Origin: Candidatus Thorarchaeota archaeon
GTDB lineage: Archaea > Asgardarchaeota > Thorarchaeia > Thorarchaeales > Thorarchaeaceae
Assembly (NCBI GenBank): GCA_029855935.1
Contig: JAGSHN010000025.1
Span: forward strand, 32,001 to 96,000
Length of the DNA: 64,000 nucleotides
Reading direction: 5' to 3'
Part shown: piece by piece, positions 47,398 through 56,720 of the stretch
Numbering within the stretch: position 1 is the stretch's first letter
Layout: each line of letters starts with the position of its first letter
The notes under the pieces: model-generated
Seen by the model: the letters and a program-made list of their open reading frames with translations, nothing else
The model's database searches: none
Told to the model about the DNA's origin: nothing
Made by a program: the position numbers and the translations under genes

Positions 47398-48270
47398 CTA
47401 TCCCACTCTTGTACCACAGTTAGGACAGAACTTGGCTCCGTTGAGCTTGGTACCGCAATTAGGACAGAACTTGGCTCCAGCTGGTGCTGCGGGTTGCTGT
47501 CCACCCTGCATAGTCCCAGCCACTGCACCCATAAAGCCCATCCCTGCGCCGAATCCAGCACCTGGACTCCGGCCGAGTGCCTCAGCGGTCTCCTTCACCG
47601 TCTCCATCCCAGCCAGCTGCTGGCCTCCCACGCCACCAGTCCGCAGCCAGAAGAGCCTCTCACGGTACTTCTCCGTCGTGTCAATACCCTCAAACTTGAG
47701 ATCCACGAGCTCAAGACCAATCCGCTCGAAGTTCATACGGACCTTTGTCTTCACCTTCATTGATGTCTCGTCGAGCTGTGTGAAGACGGTCTGAAGGTCG
47801 TAGTGAGCGAACTCGTCGATGATCCTCTCGTTCATAAAGGCGCGCAGAAAGTCGTTGATTGCCTTCGTGGTGTAGGCGTTCTGATTACCAACGACCTCCG
47901 TCACGAAGATCTTCGGCTCCTTGACGCGGAACCAGAAGACGCCGTGGAACATCAGTGGGGCAAGGTCGCTGGTCTGACCACGACCACCAAACTTACCCTG
48001 GAACTGGCCTCTAGACACGAAGATACAGGTCGCCTCAAAGACGTCCCCCTTGATCTTCTTCTTGAGCCAGCCCGCAAGGCCCGGCATGCTACTCGTGGTG
48101 AGCTTGTGGCGGCCGGCGTGGAACACGTCCAGAGCCATCCCATCACGATAGAAGATTGCGACTTGGTTCTCCATCACTATGAGCTGAGAGCCCCATGCAA
48201 TCCTGTTGTTGGGGTACCTCCACACAATCTCATCGGGGGATGCATTCGTCCACTCTATTGCATCTGCCAT
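47398..48270 (-). CDS. SPFH/band-7 domain protein with C-terminal double zinc ribbon
   Basis: IVWRYP...GSQLIVMENQVAIF.RDG; AKFCPNCGT twice. Confidence 0.9.
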   Translation of the reverse strand: MADAIEWTNASPDEIVWRYPNNRIAWGSQLIVMENQVAIFYRDGMALDVFHAGRHKLTTSSMPGLAGWLKKKIKGDVFEATCIFVSRGQFQGKFGGRGQTSDLAPLMFHGVFWFRVKEPKIFVTEVVGNQNAYTTKAINDFLRAFMNERIIDEFAHYDLQTVFTQLDETSMKVKTKVRMNFERIGLELVDLKFEGIDTTEKYRERLFWLRTGGVGGQQLAGMETVKETAEALGRSPGAGFGAGMGFMGAVAGTMQGGQQPAAPAGAKFCPNCGTKLNGAKFCPNCGTRVG

Positions 48271-48427
48271 GTATCTGCACTCTCGTGTTAGTCGAGTCTG
48301 GTGCTGAGTACTACGCCTTTTGTTTTAAACATTGACGTGGTCTACTACGTCCATTCCGCACTGTCGTCGCGAGTATGCCATCAGCACCAGATTATTAGGT
48401 GGGGCAGAGGATAGAAGAACGGTCTCA

Positions 48428-48877
48428 ATGGACGAGAGAGGTAGCGGCAATGGCGACGGGAGATCCGTCACCCCCGAGGTCGCTATGAGAAGATACTACA
48501 ACCCGCTGGCAGTCTACTTCTACATCGGTGTCGCGATCCTGTTGTCGTACTCTCTGTTCTACGTGTTCGGCTATCGTGCGATTGTGATTGTGATGATGAT
48601 CTTTCTGATAGACGCGATCAATAGCACACGTTTCATCCTGCGCAACTCCGACAACAATATTGCACGTCGCGCGGCGTACTTCAATGTCATCCTCGCGATC
48701 GCCGCCTTCGTCCTGTTAGCGGTAAACGGAATCACCTACGAGAGTCAGGGATACTACCCGATTCTTCCGCACGTGGAGAACTTCACTCTTGCAATGCCAC
48801 TTCTGATTCTGTCAACGGAGTTCGGGCTCAGGAACATCGAGTCAATGTACGTGCAGAGAACCCGGAGCGAGTCATAG
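48428..48877 (+). CDS. Hypothetical membrane protein
   Basis: About 4 hydrophobic segments. Confidence 0.65.
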   Translation: MDERGSGNGDGRSVTPEVAMRRYYNPLAVYFYIGVAILLSYSLFYVFGYRAIVIVMMIFLIDAINSTRFILRNSDNNIARRAAYFNVILAIAAFVLLAVNGITYESQGYYPILPHVENFTLAMPLLILSTEFGLRNIESMYVQRTRSES

Positions 48878-48920
48878 CCGAACCTGAGAGGACCTGCTGC
48901 GCGAGATGAAGCAAGAGAGA

Positions 48921-49036
48921 GCAGGACAGCCTTCGACCCTCCCACCTCGCTTTCCCTAGGGGGGTCCTGAGGATTCGCGCGGCGTGAACGCCATGCGAGA
49001 TGGAGTTATCAGTGGGAGGACTGCCGGCAGCCCTGC
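48921..49036 (-). ncRNA. Candidate structured small RNA
   Basis: Closing stems GCAGGGCUGCC/GGCUGUCCUGC and CCUCCCAC/GUGGGAGG with inner hairpins; TATA-like element about 23 nt upstream; pyrimidine tract downstream. Confidence 0.3.
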
Positions 49037-49085
49037 AGGTCTACATACGCTGGCTTTGTTATTAAGTCGTATTATGATATCATAA

Positions 49086-49841
49086 CTACAGTTCCAGACG
49101 CATCAGGTCGCTTCCGATGAGGACCTGGGTGTCAGTCCCTCCGCGGACTATCTCGACAACGCGGTCAGCAGCGGCGACGACCTCCGGAGAGAGGTGGGTG
49201 AGAACAACGCGTCTCGGGTGTGCCCTGCGGACAATCTCGCGCAGCTCGCTCGGGCTGGTGTGAGCGCCCTCAGGATGATCACCGTCCAGCCAGTTGCACT
49301 CGTGTATCAGCAGGTCAACCCTATCAGCGAGGGAGACTATGTCGTTGCTGGGTGCAGTATCGGACGTATAGAGGAGGGAGGAATCGTGTGAGGTGAGATG
49401 AAACGCACGCGAGTCCAAGCCTCCGTGAACTGTCGGGCAGGTGCGTACGATCACATCACCCAGAGTCGCCTTGGAGAAGGACTCGAGGACAACGGTCTCA
49501 ATCTCGACCTTCCCCTTCAGGTATGGATATGCTCCGTCAAAGATGCTCTCAATCCATTGTTCAAGAGGCGGAGGCCCGTAGACCTTCAAGGGTCCGTTGA
49601 AGCCCGACATCCACAGCGTCTGCACAAGAGAAGCGAGGTCCGAGCAGTGGTCCACGTGAAAGTGAGAGATCAGAACATGGCGCAGTGACGAGGGGTCTGC
49701 ACCCACCTGGTTCAGACGCCACAGAACGCCAGAGCCCACATCGAGCAGAATTGACTGTTCACCAGTTTCGACGAGAATGCCCGACTGCACCCTGTCAGCA
49801 TTTGGATGGGATGTGCCAGTGCCAAGCAGTGTGACTCTCAT
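49086..49841 (-). CDS. MBL-fold metallohydrolase (RNase Z/BN-like)
   Basis: LLGTG, SHFHVDH, YTSDT, LIHEC, HTSP, LTH. Confidence 0.9.
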   Translation of the reverse strand: MRVTLLGTGTSHPNADRVQSGILVETGEQSILLDVGSGVLWRLNQVGADPSSLRHVLISHFHVDHCSDLASLVQTLWMSGFNGPLKVYGPPPLEQWIESIFDGAYPYLKGKVEIETVVLESFSKATLGDVIVRTCPTVHGGLDSRAFHLTSHDSSLLYTSDTAPSNDIVSLADRVDLLIHECNWLDGDHPEGAHTSPSELREIVRRAHPRRVVLTHLSPEVVAAADRVVEIVRGGTDTQVLIGSDLMRLEL

Positions 49842-49882
49842 CAGCCATCACTATGAACAGTCTGCACGCCCCATAATCAGTC

Positions 49883-50269
49883 TTACCTCGCGCACGAGGA
49901 CGGCTGGCCAAGGCGTGGAGCACGCGGACACACTATTTGCGTCAGCATGTTCCGAATCAGTCTCACCTCACGGAGAATGCCTGTCACATCGGGGCGTGGT
50001 GACGATATCAGATACCAGAGGTCTAGACACTGCACATTGCGCAGGGCCCGGAGGACCGGCATCGAGTCGACACGAATTCGTCCGTTCCTGACAGCCAACC
50101 ACAGATCATCCAGGTCCCGGACCAGCCGGTCGTGAAAGGAGAGGAGACCCATCCGTGTGGAATGGGTGATTGGATACTCGTCAACAAGTGCAGTCATTGC
50201 GTCGATATGACGGAGCGCACGAGCAACGGGCGCCGGGAGGCCGTCTAGCTCACCGTCCGAAGTCATCAT
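49883..50269 (-). CDS. Hypothetical protein
   Basis: Fills the gap upstream of the MBL gene; helical-looking; no recognised motif. Confidence 0.4.
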   Translation of the reverse strand: MMTSDGELDGLPAPVARALRHIDAMTALVDEYPITHSTRMGLLSFHDRLVRDLDDLWLAVRNGRIRVDSMPVLRALRNVQCLDLWYLISSPRPDVTGILREVRLIRNMLTQIVCPRAPRLGQPSSCAR

Positions 50270-50369
50270 TCCCGCCGTTCTACTATGCTGGAGCCTGCTA
50301 TTTAAGACCCGATAACACTCAGTGGCACCAGTCAAGTCCTTTATAAAGAACTCAGGTCTGCGGTCGGCT

Positions 50370-51041
50370 ATGGTCGAAGCTGAGGAGTACCTCCGCGAGG
50401 CAAGGGAGCTACACAGGAAGGGCGAGTACAAGAAGGGACTGAAGGCTGCACGCAAGGCGCGAAAGAGATTCCTCAAGGCCGGGGACTACCTCAATGCGGC
50501 TGAGGCTCTTCGCATTATGGCCGACTGTGCACTCAATGGTGGTGACATCAACGAGGCCAAGAGGCTGTACAAGGAGCTCCTCGAAGAGGGCACCGGGGCC
50601 TCGTTACCCCATCTGGAGAGCGCGGGCAACTGGGGGCTTGGAGAGGCGGCAATACATCATATGGACTTCCAAACCGCAGAGGCTCACTTCAGGCTCGGCC
50701 TGCAGCAGGCCAGAGACTCCTCCAATATGTGGTTCATAGCCTGGAACTCGTTCGGTCTGGCGAAGGCCCTTCGCGGAATGGGACGGGTGAAGGAGGCACT
50801 AGCACTTCTTGATGAGGCGGAGAGACTCTTCGTGCGCCTAGGAATGGCCGAGTACGCAGCCTGGACGAAGAAGATGCGTGATGAGATGTCTGCAGAGAAA
50901 GATGCCACGGTGCCTGAACAGGAACTGAGAGTATGGTTATGTCCGATGTGTGGCTGCAGGTTCGCACCTGATGTCGCCAAGCGACTGAGCTCCGGGGAAG
51001 TTGTCACGTGTCAGTACTGCGGAACGAGCGTGGGGGCCTAG
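50370..51041 (+). CDS. TPR protein with C-terminal zinc ribbon
   Basis: TPR-like repeats; CPMCG...CQYCG. Confidence 0.82.
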   Translation: MVEAEEYLREARELHRKGEYKKGLKAARKARKRFLKAGDYLNAAEALRIMADCALNGGDINEAKRLYKELLEEGTGASLPHLESAGNWGLGEAAIHHMDFQTAEAHFRLGLQQARDSSNMWFIAWNSFGLAKALRGMGRVKEALALLDEAERLFVRLGMAEYAAWTKKMRDEMSAEKDATVPEQELRVWLCPMCGCRFAPDVAKRLSSGEVVTCQYCGTSVGA

Positions 51042-51348
51042 AGAGATCCCAACTGTACAGAAGAGGACATTCCGGGCTCTGAAACAGTGTAGTGTGGGAC
51101 AGTCACATCGTCTGCCTGAGCAAGAAAGATGCGGTGAGTCTGTGGAGTGCGCCCCGAGGCCCACAGGTCGTCAATCTGATCTCAACATCGTCAGCCGCAT
51201 TGAGGACCTGAAGCACACGGCCGCGTCTTCACGTAGAGGCCGTAGGCTGTGTCCGAGCAACGAAACACAGAGGGGAGTAGGGAAGCAGCCTGTGGCCCCA
51301 GACAGACTGACGGCGCCACAGGACCGGGTCTGGCCAGAACAGATCAAT

Positions 51349-51909
51349 CTAGTCCTGGTATCCCTTCATGTAGCCGTCGCGCTGCTTCCACTTCTCCTCA
51401 AGACGCTGCATAATCGTCCACAGACGATATGTGTAGTTCCATGCCTCATCAAACTGGCCCTGGTTCATCTTGTCCAAAAATTCCTCGACGACGTCGTTTA
51501 TCTCGCCGATGTCGTCGATGATCGTGGCATCGAACTCGTACATCCTGTCGAGTTCCTTCTCGTTGATCTTCTCCTTTGAACCCCACGCGGCGTAGCCATA
51601 GTCGGCGTAGCGCATAGCCGACTCAATCTTGTCCGTGAGCGCAAGGAGTCGGTCAAAGGTCTCCCAAGTCCGCGTGAGATTGTAGTCGACCATCATCATC
51701 TGAAGCTTCTCCAAGTCCTGTTTGACCAGCCTCAACTGATCGGCAAGGAACTCTCGGAGAACTTTGTCCGCGGCGCGGCGTTCCTCCTTCTCCTGATAGC
51801 CGTGCCAGCCAGGAATATAGTGGGTGATCTTACCGAAGATGCCACCCTTGATGTCCTTGGCTGCCTTCTTTCGGATGCGCTTAGCAATCGGGTCTGTGAC
51901 TTTACCCAT
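51349..51909 (-). CDS. Conserved-looking helical hypothetical protein
   Basis: IPGWHGYQEKEERRAADKVLRE, RYADYGYA, LDRMYEFD; codon usage like highly expressed genes. Confidence 0.75.
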   Translation of the reverse strand: MGKVTDPIAKRIRKKAAKDIKGGIFGKITHYIPGWHGYQEKEERRAADKVLREFLADQLRLVKQDLEKLQMMMVDYNLTRTWETFDRLLALTDKIESAMRYADYGYAAWGSKEKINEKELDRMYEFDATIIDDIGEINDVVEEFLDKMNQGQFDEAWNYTYRLWTIMQRLEEKWKQRDGYMKGYQD

Positions 51910-52037
51910 CCCAAGTGTTCTCCTTCGTGAATTGTACAACCCGGCTCACAAGGTGGTGGGTTGTGCTACTTCGGACTATGCGGCTACGCTTAAAAAATCA
52001 TTTACGGCGGTCCTGCATCCTAGCCGGCCGGGCATCG

Positions 52038-52853
52038 TCAGGACACATCGAACACCGACAATAGTTCTCGCCCCAGCTCTCTTCGCGGGAGCACTATTGA
52101 AGAGATTCTGTCAAGAGCAGATGCGAGATGCTCGGCCGCGTCAATCTGGCGCTCACTGTGACTTACGTCTCCCATCCCGTCAGTGGCAGACGAAGACTCA
52201 GATTCCGAGAGCTGTGTCAGGCGTATGGCCTGAGCGAACGATCTGCCAAATGGCCGCATTTGCTGTGCAAGAGGCAGGGCCCACCCTGCGACAAGTGCGC
52301 CGCTCACGGCACACGAGCCAGCGAATGCCAAGATTCCGCTCTCGTTGTGTCCCCCATACGGAAAGACAGAGTCATTGTCCGTTGTCGCATCACAAGCCTC
52401 CCCTCTGGCGCCTGCCCTGACGAGATGTCTCAGACCCTCACCCAGCAGCACAAGTCCGACAGGGGATCTCAGTCTACCCATTATACGTGTGGCCTCAGAG
52501 AGCATCAGGTCCCCGGCTAGGATGACAAGGCTGGTCAGGTCTCCGTCAGAGGGCATTGATTGCTCCTCGGCCATTCTGTGTAGATCCACGGCAGTCCTCA
52601 CCAGCAGGGCCGTCGTTCCCACGTCTAGGCAGTGCTCATCAGCGCCGCCAGCTAGTTCACACGAGAATAGAGCAACAATCGAGGACGGCTCTACAGGTCG
52701 GATCGTGAGAAAGTCCCGGGCCACTCCATAGAGACCCGTACCGAGGTGCCCACTGGTCTCAAGCAGTGAGAGAGCGTGCTGTGAGATCGCCCGAGAGCGG
52801 GTACGTAGAATCGAGATGTTCAATCGAACGTCTTGGCGGGGCCGCAATTCCAA
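52038..52853 (-). CDS. Degenerate polyprenyl diphosphate synthase-like protein (no DDxxD)
   Basis: Keeps IRP, VILAGDLMLSEA and FGRSFAQAIRL, but the Asp-rich motifs are replaced (LHRMAEE, RLTQLSE). Confidence 0.6.
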   Translation of the reverse strand: MELRPRQDVRLNISILRTRSRAISQHALSLLETSGHLGTGLYGVARDFLTIRPVEPSSIVALFSCELAGGADEHCLDVGTTALLVRTAVDLHRMAEEQSMPSDGDLTSLVILAGDLMLSEATRIMGRLRSPVGLVLLGEGLRHLVRAGARGEACDATTDNDSVFPYGGHNESGILAFAGSCAVSGALVAGWALPLAQQMRPFGRSFAQAIRLTQLSESESSSATDGMGDVSHSERQIDAAEHLASALDRISSIVLPRRELGRELLSVFDVS

Positions 52854-53078
52854 TCATTCACCACTCCGAGAGGGCTATGGCCTGCACCTAACGAGGTCAA
52901 GCAAGACCTAGAATGATGCGGCCATTCTAGCGTCGTAGAAACACAGGCGCTCATAAGTGCAATCTTTTGACATCGTAAGCGGGTTACTGATAGATTACTC
53001 AATGATTTCTAAAGGAGAACCGAAATATGGTGTGGCAGCGTCCGGTACAGAGGACTATGGTCACGGGGATTGTGAACA

Positions 53079-53765
53079 ATGGAGAAGATACTCAAGAGAA
53101 TGGCCGTTCTGGCAGCCATCGCAGGAGTCCTGGGAGTCATAAGTGCATATGGGAGCACGTGCCCGACTCTCAGTCCGCCGACCGATCCGACGAGCAAGCT
53201 GTACATCATGTATACGCTCAATTGGGTCTTCCTGATAACGACGTCACTGACGTGGGCCGTGGGCTTCGCGTGGTTTCTCTTGTTGTGGGGACTGATGACA
53301 CGGAGGAGCTGGTCATACATGGCCAGCGTTCTCGTGAGCGCCGTGGGCGCAGCCAGTGGTTTCATACCTGCAGCTCTTGTAATGGCGAACGGTATGCCAT
53401 TCAGTCCGTCGTTGATGAGGGCCTTCCTCAACCTGTTCATTCTCATCTACCTGCTACGGCCATCCGCTGCTGGTGAGATGAAGACGGCCCTCTCCCTTGA
53501 GGCCCCGGGCACCGGAATCAGTGCAGACGTTGTCACATACATACTGGTGGCCGTTGGCATCCTGCTGATGCTGCAGCCAATTGTCGTACCGTGGACACAC
53601 GTCATCGACGGGAGATATGAGTACGGCTATGAGGCACTGCAGTTCTTTGCAGGCCTGTTCTCTCTCATGCTCGGTGGGTCAATCCGAATCTCCGAGAGAA
53701 TGAGACTTGCACAGCTCCAAGCCTCGGCGGCTGTGGAGCAGCAAACAGAGGTCAGACCTGAATAG
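53079..53765 (+). CDS. Hypothetical membrane protein (about 6 TM)
   Basis: Hydrophobic segments; GSTC motif. Confidence 0.75.
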   Translation: MEKILKRMAVLAAIAGVLGVISAYGSTCPTLSPPTDPTSKLYIMYTLNWVFLITTSLTWAVGFAWFLLLWGLMTRRSWSYMASVLVSAVGAASGFIPAALVMANGMPFSPSLMRAFLNLFILIYLLRPSAAGEMKTALSLEAPGTGISADVVTYILVAVGILLMLQPIVVPWTHVIDGRYEYGYEALQFFAGLFSLMLGGSIRISERMRLAQLQASAAVEQQTEVRPE

Positions 53766-53800
53766 ACAGGCGGTCGAGACCTTGTGGGCTCTGTCTCGAC

Positions 53801-54322
53801 TCAGGCCTCGACATCTCTTCCCGTCGCGGAGCCGTTCTGACCAGACGGACCGTACTCCAACATAGACTCAAGCTTGTCTATGTCAATCATGCCAATCCCG
53901 TTGTGGACACACGTGAAGGACTTGCACAGTTTCTGATCTATGTCACCCCACTTTATGCCCCAGCCCTTGAGAACACCGAGGATGACCTTGAGATCGCGTC
54001 CCTTCTCTGTAAGAGAATACCGAACTCTGATGGGCATTGTGTCAGGTTCCACGACACGTGCCACCACGCCCTCTCGCTCCAGCAGGCTGAGAGACTCGGA
54101 GAGCACCCGGGCCGAGATCTGTTCACCTGTCACATCAACGACACGTCGCAACAGGTCGCTGAAATAGAGCTCTTCCGCGACTACGAGCTCACATAGTATC
54201 CACGGGACCCATTTGCGACCAAGAATCTTCAGGGCCCGCAGGACGGCGCATCTGTCCCTATCTTCTCGACCCAGCTTCAAGATCCTCCATTCAGCTACGC
54301 GCAAGTTAACAGCTCGGCGCAC
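53801..54322 (-). CDS. HxlR (MarR/DUF24) family transcriptional regulator
   Basis: CAVLRALKILGRKW, ISARVLSESL..LE, P.RVRYSLTEKG, WG; additional C-terminal CxxxxC-x-H. Confidence 0.92.
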   Translation of the reverse strand: MRRAVNLRVAEWRILKLGREDRDRCAVLRALKILGRKWVPWILCELVVAEELYFSDLLRRVVDVTGEQISARVLSESLSLLEREGVVARVVEPDTMPIRVRYSLTEKGRDLKVILGVLKGWGIKWGDIDQKLCKSFTCVHNGIGMIDIDKLESMLEYGPSGQNGSATGRDVEA

Positions 54323-54470
54323 CTGTATTTTACGGTTGTGCTGCGTAATCTACTGATGGCAACAGAATCAGGTTACATCGATGAAATGACCTTACGTTTC
54401 CTTCAGCAAATGCTTTAGTATTGCCGAAACACCACTCACAGCACGTGACAATGTGAGGAGAGATGTACTG

Positions 54471-55112
54471 ATGGATCTGGTTTCACTCGTCTTGCTACTC
54501 ATCACCGGAATCATCGCTCTGGTGATGACGATCTTCCTGTTCAAGGACTATGCGGCGAACAAGAAGCTCTACCATATGTGGTGGGGCCTCAGCTCGCTCA
54601 TCCTGTTCTTGGCTGGCGTGCTAATTGTCGCCTTCGACTTTGCCGTACTGGGCAATCCGGCAATACCCATCGTGGCCACATTCATCCCGGTCGGACTGGC
54701 CATCGGTTTGCTATACGCCGTATGGGATGACAAGCCCTATGGACTGTACTACACTATCTACGGCATTCTGATGGTGATCATCCAGATTGTGGCGAGGTAT
54801 GTACCAATCGAGAGCGTAGCCACGCCGTCGCTCCTCGCCGCACACATACCTAGCGGCCTCATTATCGTCCTTGTCCCGCTGATGACGACAATCCGCAAGG
54901 AAACAGAGGCGAGCGCGATACTCTTCAGTCTTGGGGGTATCGCAATCTCACTGGGAGGAATGCTCCTGGCTGCCCTCAAGTTCGACGCTCCTATACTCCC
55001 AGCGGCGACGATCTTCGCTGTCTTGCCCCTTCTCCTGCTGATAGTGAGCGTGCTGTTCTTCCTCGGAATATTCCTCCCCACCAAGTGGAAGGCAGGCCTT
55101 CCGGTCGGATAG
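54471..55112 (+). CDS. About 7-TM membrane protein with two His residues
   Basis: Highly hydrophobic; YHMWW and AAHIPSG. Confidence 0.78.
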   Translation: MDLVSLVLLLITGIIALVMTIFLFKDYAANKKLYHMWWGLSSLILFLAGVLIVAFDFAVLGNPAIPIVATFIPVGLAIGLLYAVWDDKPYGLYYTIYGILMVIIQIVARYVPIESVATPSLLAAHIPSGLIIVLVPLMTTIRKETEASAILFSLGGIAISLGGMLLAALKFDAPILPAATIFAVLPLLLLIVSVLFFLGIFLPTKWKAGLPVG

Positions 55113-55201
55113 TCTCAGGAACAGGTTCAGTATCGTGACACGGGGCGCAACACGAGGAGCGTCACTGCTCCTCCGCCCCCTCTTTGTCATTCTGACGAGC
55201 G

Positions 55202-55219
55202 AGTTATCTACAGGTAACT
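55202..55219. promoter_or_regulatory. Palindromic candidate HxlR operator
   Basis: AGTTATCTACAGGTAACT upstream of TTTTAA; related boxes at 52982-52999 and 54371-54388. Confidence 0.5.
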
Positions 55220-55286
55220 TGCTATCCACTTCTAAACTCACGTGCTTTTAAGCAGGAATTCCACTCGGCACTAGGGTGGTTGCTGA

Positions 55287-56717
55287 ATGACTGAAGAGAG
55301 TACTGCCGAAGGCCCTACCAGCAAGTTTCAGCAGTTTGTCACTTGGCTTGGAAGCTACAGGGGACTCATCACTGCCACAATTGTGTATGAGTTCCTGATC
55401 GTCGTCTTTCTCACGACGTTCTCCGAGCCAGTCACTCAGATGCTGGGACAGCCTCTCATTCCAATTACTCTGGAAGATAGCCACAGGATAGCCAGAATCA
55501 TCATGGTCTATCACTCCCTCGGGATAGTGTTCCTCGGGGCAGTGGTACTCTTTGCTCTCGACCTCTTTGACGTGAGGCCCAAGTTCGAGCCACTGGTCAA
55601 GTGGTCGATCATCCCTGGCTACGTTCTCACCTCAGTCTCAGGGATGACCTTCGCATATCTTCTGCCTGAGAACTGGATTGCACACGCACTGTTCATCGTG
55701 GGACTCACTCTCGTATTCATCAGTGGAGTGCTTCTGTTGATGGGAACGTGGCCAACGAAGAACTTCCCCGAGAAGCAGCCAGAGGGACCCTACCTGTTCG
55801 GAGTCAACTGGGCCCAATGGGCAGTTGCGTTGGTCGTGATTGCCCTGCTGATATCGGCAATGCTGGGAGCAGGTGTCGGCGCCTACTTTGGCAACGGATT
55901 CAAAGCCATTCTCGCCGAGGACTTTCTCCGAGTGGAGGACAAGGACCTCTTTGTGCGTGCCGTTGTTGGCCACCTGCACATCATGCTCGCACTCATCGAT
56001 GCAGCAGTGATGCTCATCGTGTTCAGGTACACCAACCCCGAACAGCGAGGGAAGTGGTACCTTGCCGGGATGATCCTCTCGATCCCCGGAACACTGATCA
56101 TCTCAATTGGCGCGTGGCTCGTCCCCGTCGGCTATGAGAAGGCGCACATGGTGATCAATGTCGGCGCAGTCTTCGCTCTGCTTGCGGCATTCATACTGGC
56201 AATCTGGGGGTGGAAAAAGACTGTCAGAGACGTGCTCGGGGAGGAATACGAGAGCGCCGGCATAGGTCGACGTATTATCGCACTGTTCAAAGATCCCGTG
56301 AAGTTTGGTCTCTACTTCCAGTTCATCTGGGTGAACATTGTTGTCACAGCTCCCGGAATCTATGTTGCCATCAATCTTGAGCACTTCAGAACAGAGATTG
56401 GTGCTGATGTCGAGCGGGCGTTTGCCGTCGGACACTGGCACGTCCTTGGCGTTCTGACTGCTGTGATTGCTCTTCTGCTTGCCTTCGACTACCTTGACGT
56501 CGGCGGTTGGACCAGACAGATTGTCGGGTGGTCGCTGACGCTGGGGAGTATCATAGGTTTCGGCTTTGCCAACGCGTACATGCTTGAGGAGATTGGTATC
56601 GCCACTGGCTTTGCATTCTCGATGATAGATGTCGGTATCATCCTCCTTGTAATCGGCATTGCAGTCTTCTGTATCTATATGCTGGTGCAGATACTGAAGG
56701 GCAGAGCGGTGAAGTAG
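55287..56717 (+). CDS. 12-TM His-rich membrane protein with a heme-copper oxidase subunit I-like layout
   Basis: His in TM2 (YHS), TM4 (IAHA), TM6 (GHLH), TM8 (KAHM) and TM10 (GHWH); 3 bp upstream of heme O synthase. Confidence 0.7.
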   Translation: MTEESTAEGPTSKFQQFVTWLGSYRGLITATIVYEFLIVVFLTTFSEPVTQMLGQPLIPITLEDSHRIARIIMVYHSLGIVFLGAVVLFALDLFDVRPKFEPLVKWSIIPGYVLTSVSGMTFAYLLPENWIAHALFIVGLTLVFISGVLLLMGTWPTKNFPEKQPEGPYLFGVNWAQWAVALVVIALLISAMLGAGVGAYFGNGFKAILAEDFLRVEDKDLFVRAVVGHLHIMLALIDAAVMLIVFRYTNPEQRGKWYLAGMILSIPGTLIISIGAWLVPVGYEKAHMVINVGAVFALLAAFILAIWGWKKTVRDVLGEEYESAGIGRRIIALFKDPVKFGLYFQFIWVNIVVTAPGIYVAINLEHFRTEIGADVERAFAVGHWHVLGVLTAVIALLLAFDYLDVGGWTRQIVGWSLTLGSIIGFGFANAYMLEEIGIATGFAFSMIDVGIILLVIGIAVFCIYMLVQILKGRAVK

Positions 56718-56720
56718 ACA

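Noticed and set aside
47405-47480. Direct repeat TTAGGACAGAACTTGGCTCC as a CRISPR remnant
   Set aside because: Only two copies, and they encode the duplicated GAKFCPN zinc-ribbon knuckles of the SPFH protein.
48921-49036. 5S rRNA or tRNA
   Set aside because: Similar in length to 5S but lacks its loop C CCGAAC and loop E motifs; no cloverleaf or T-loop.
55287-56717. Heme A synthase (CtaA) or a canonical cytochrome oxidase subunit I
   Set aside because: No E-x-x-H-R motifs of CtaA; no HPxVY or TM7 HH motifs of a canonical oxidase.
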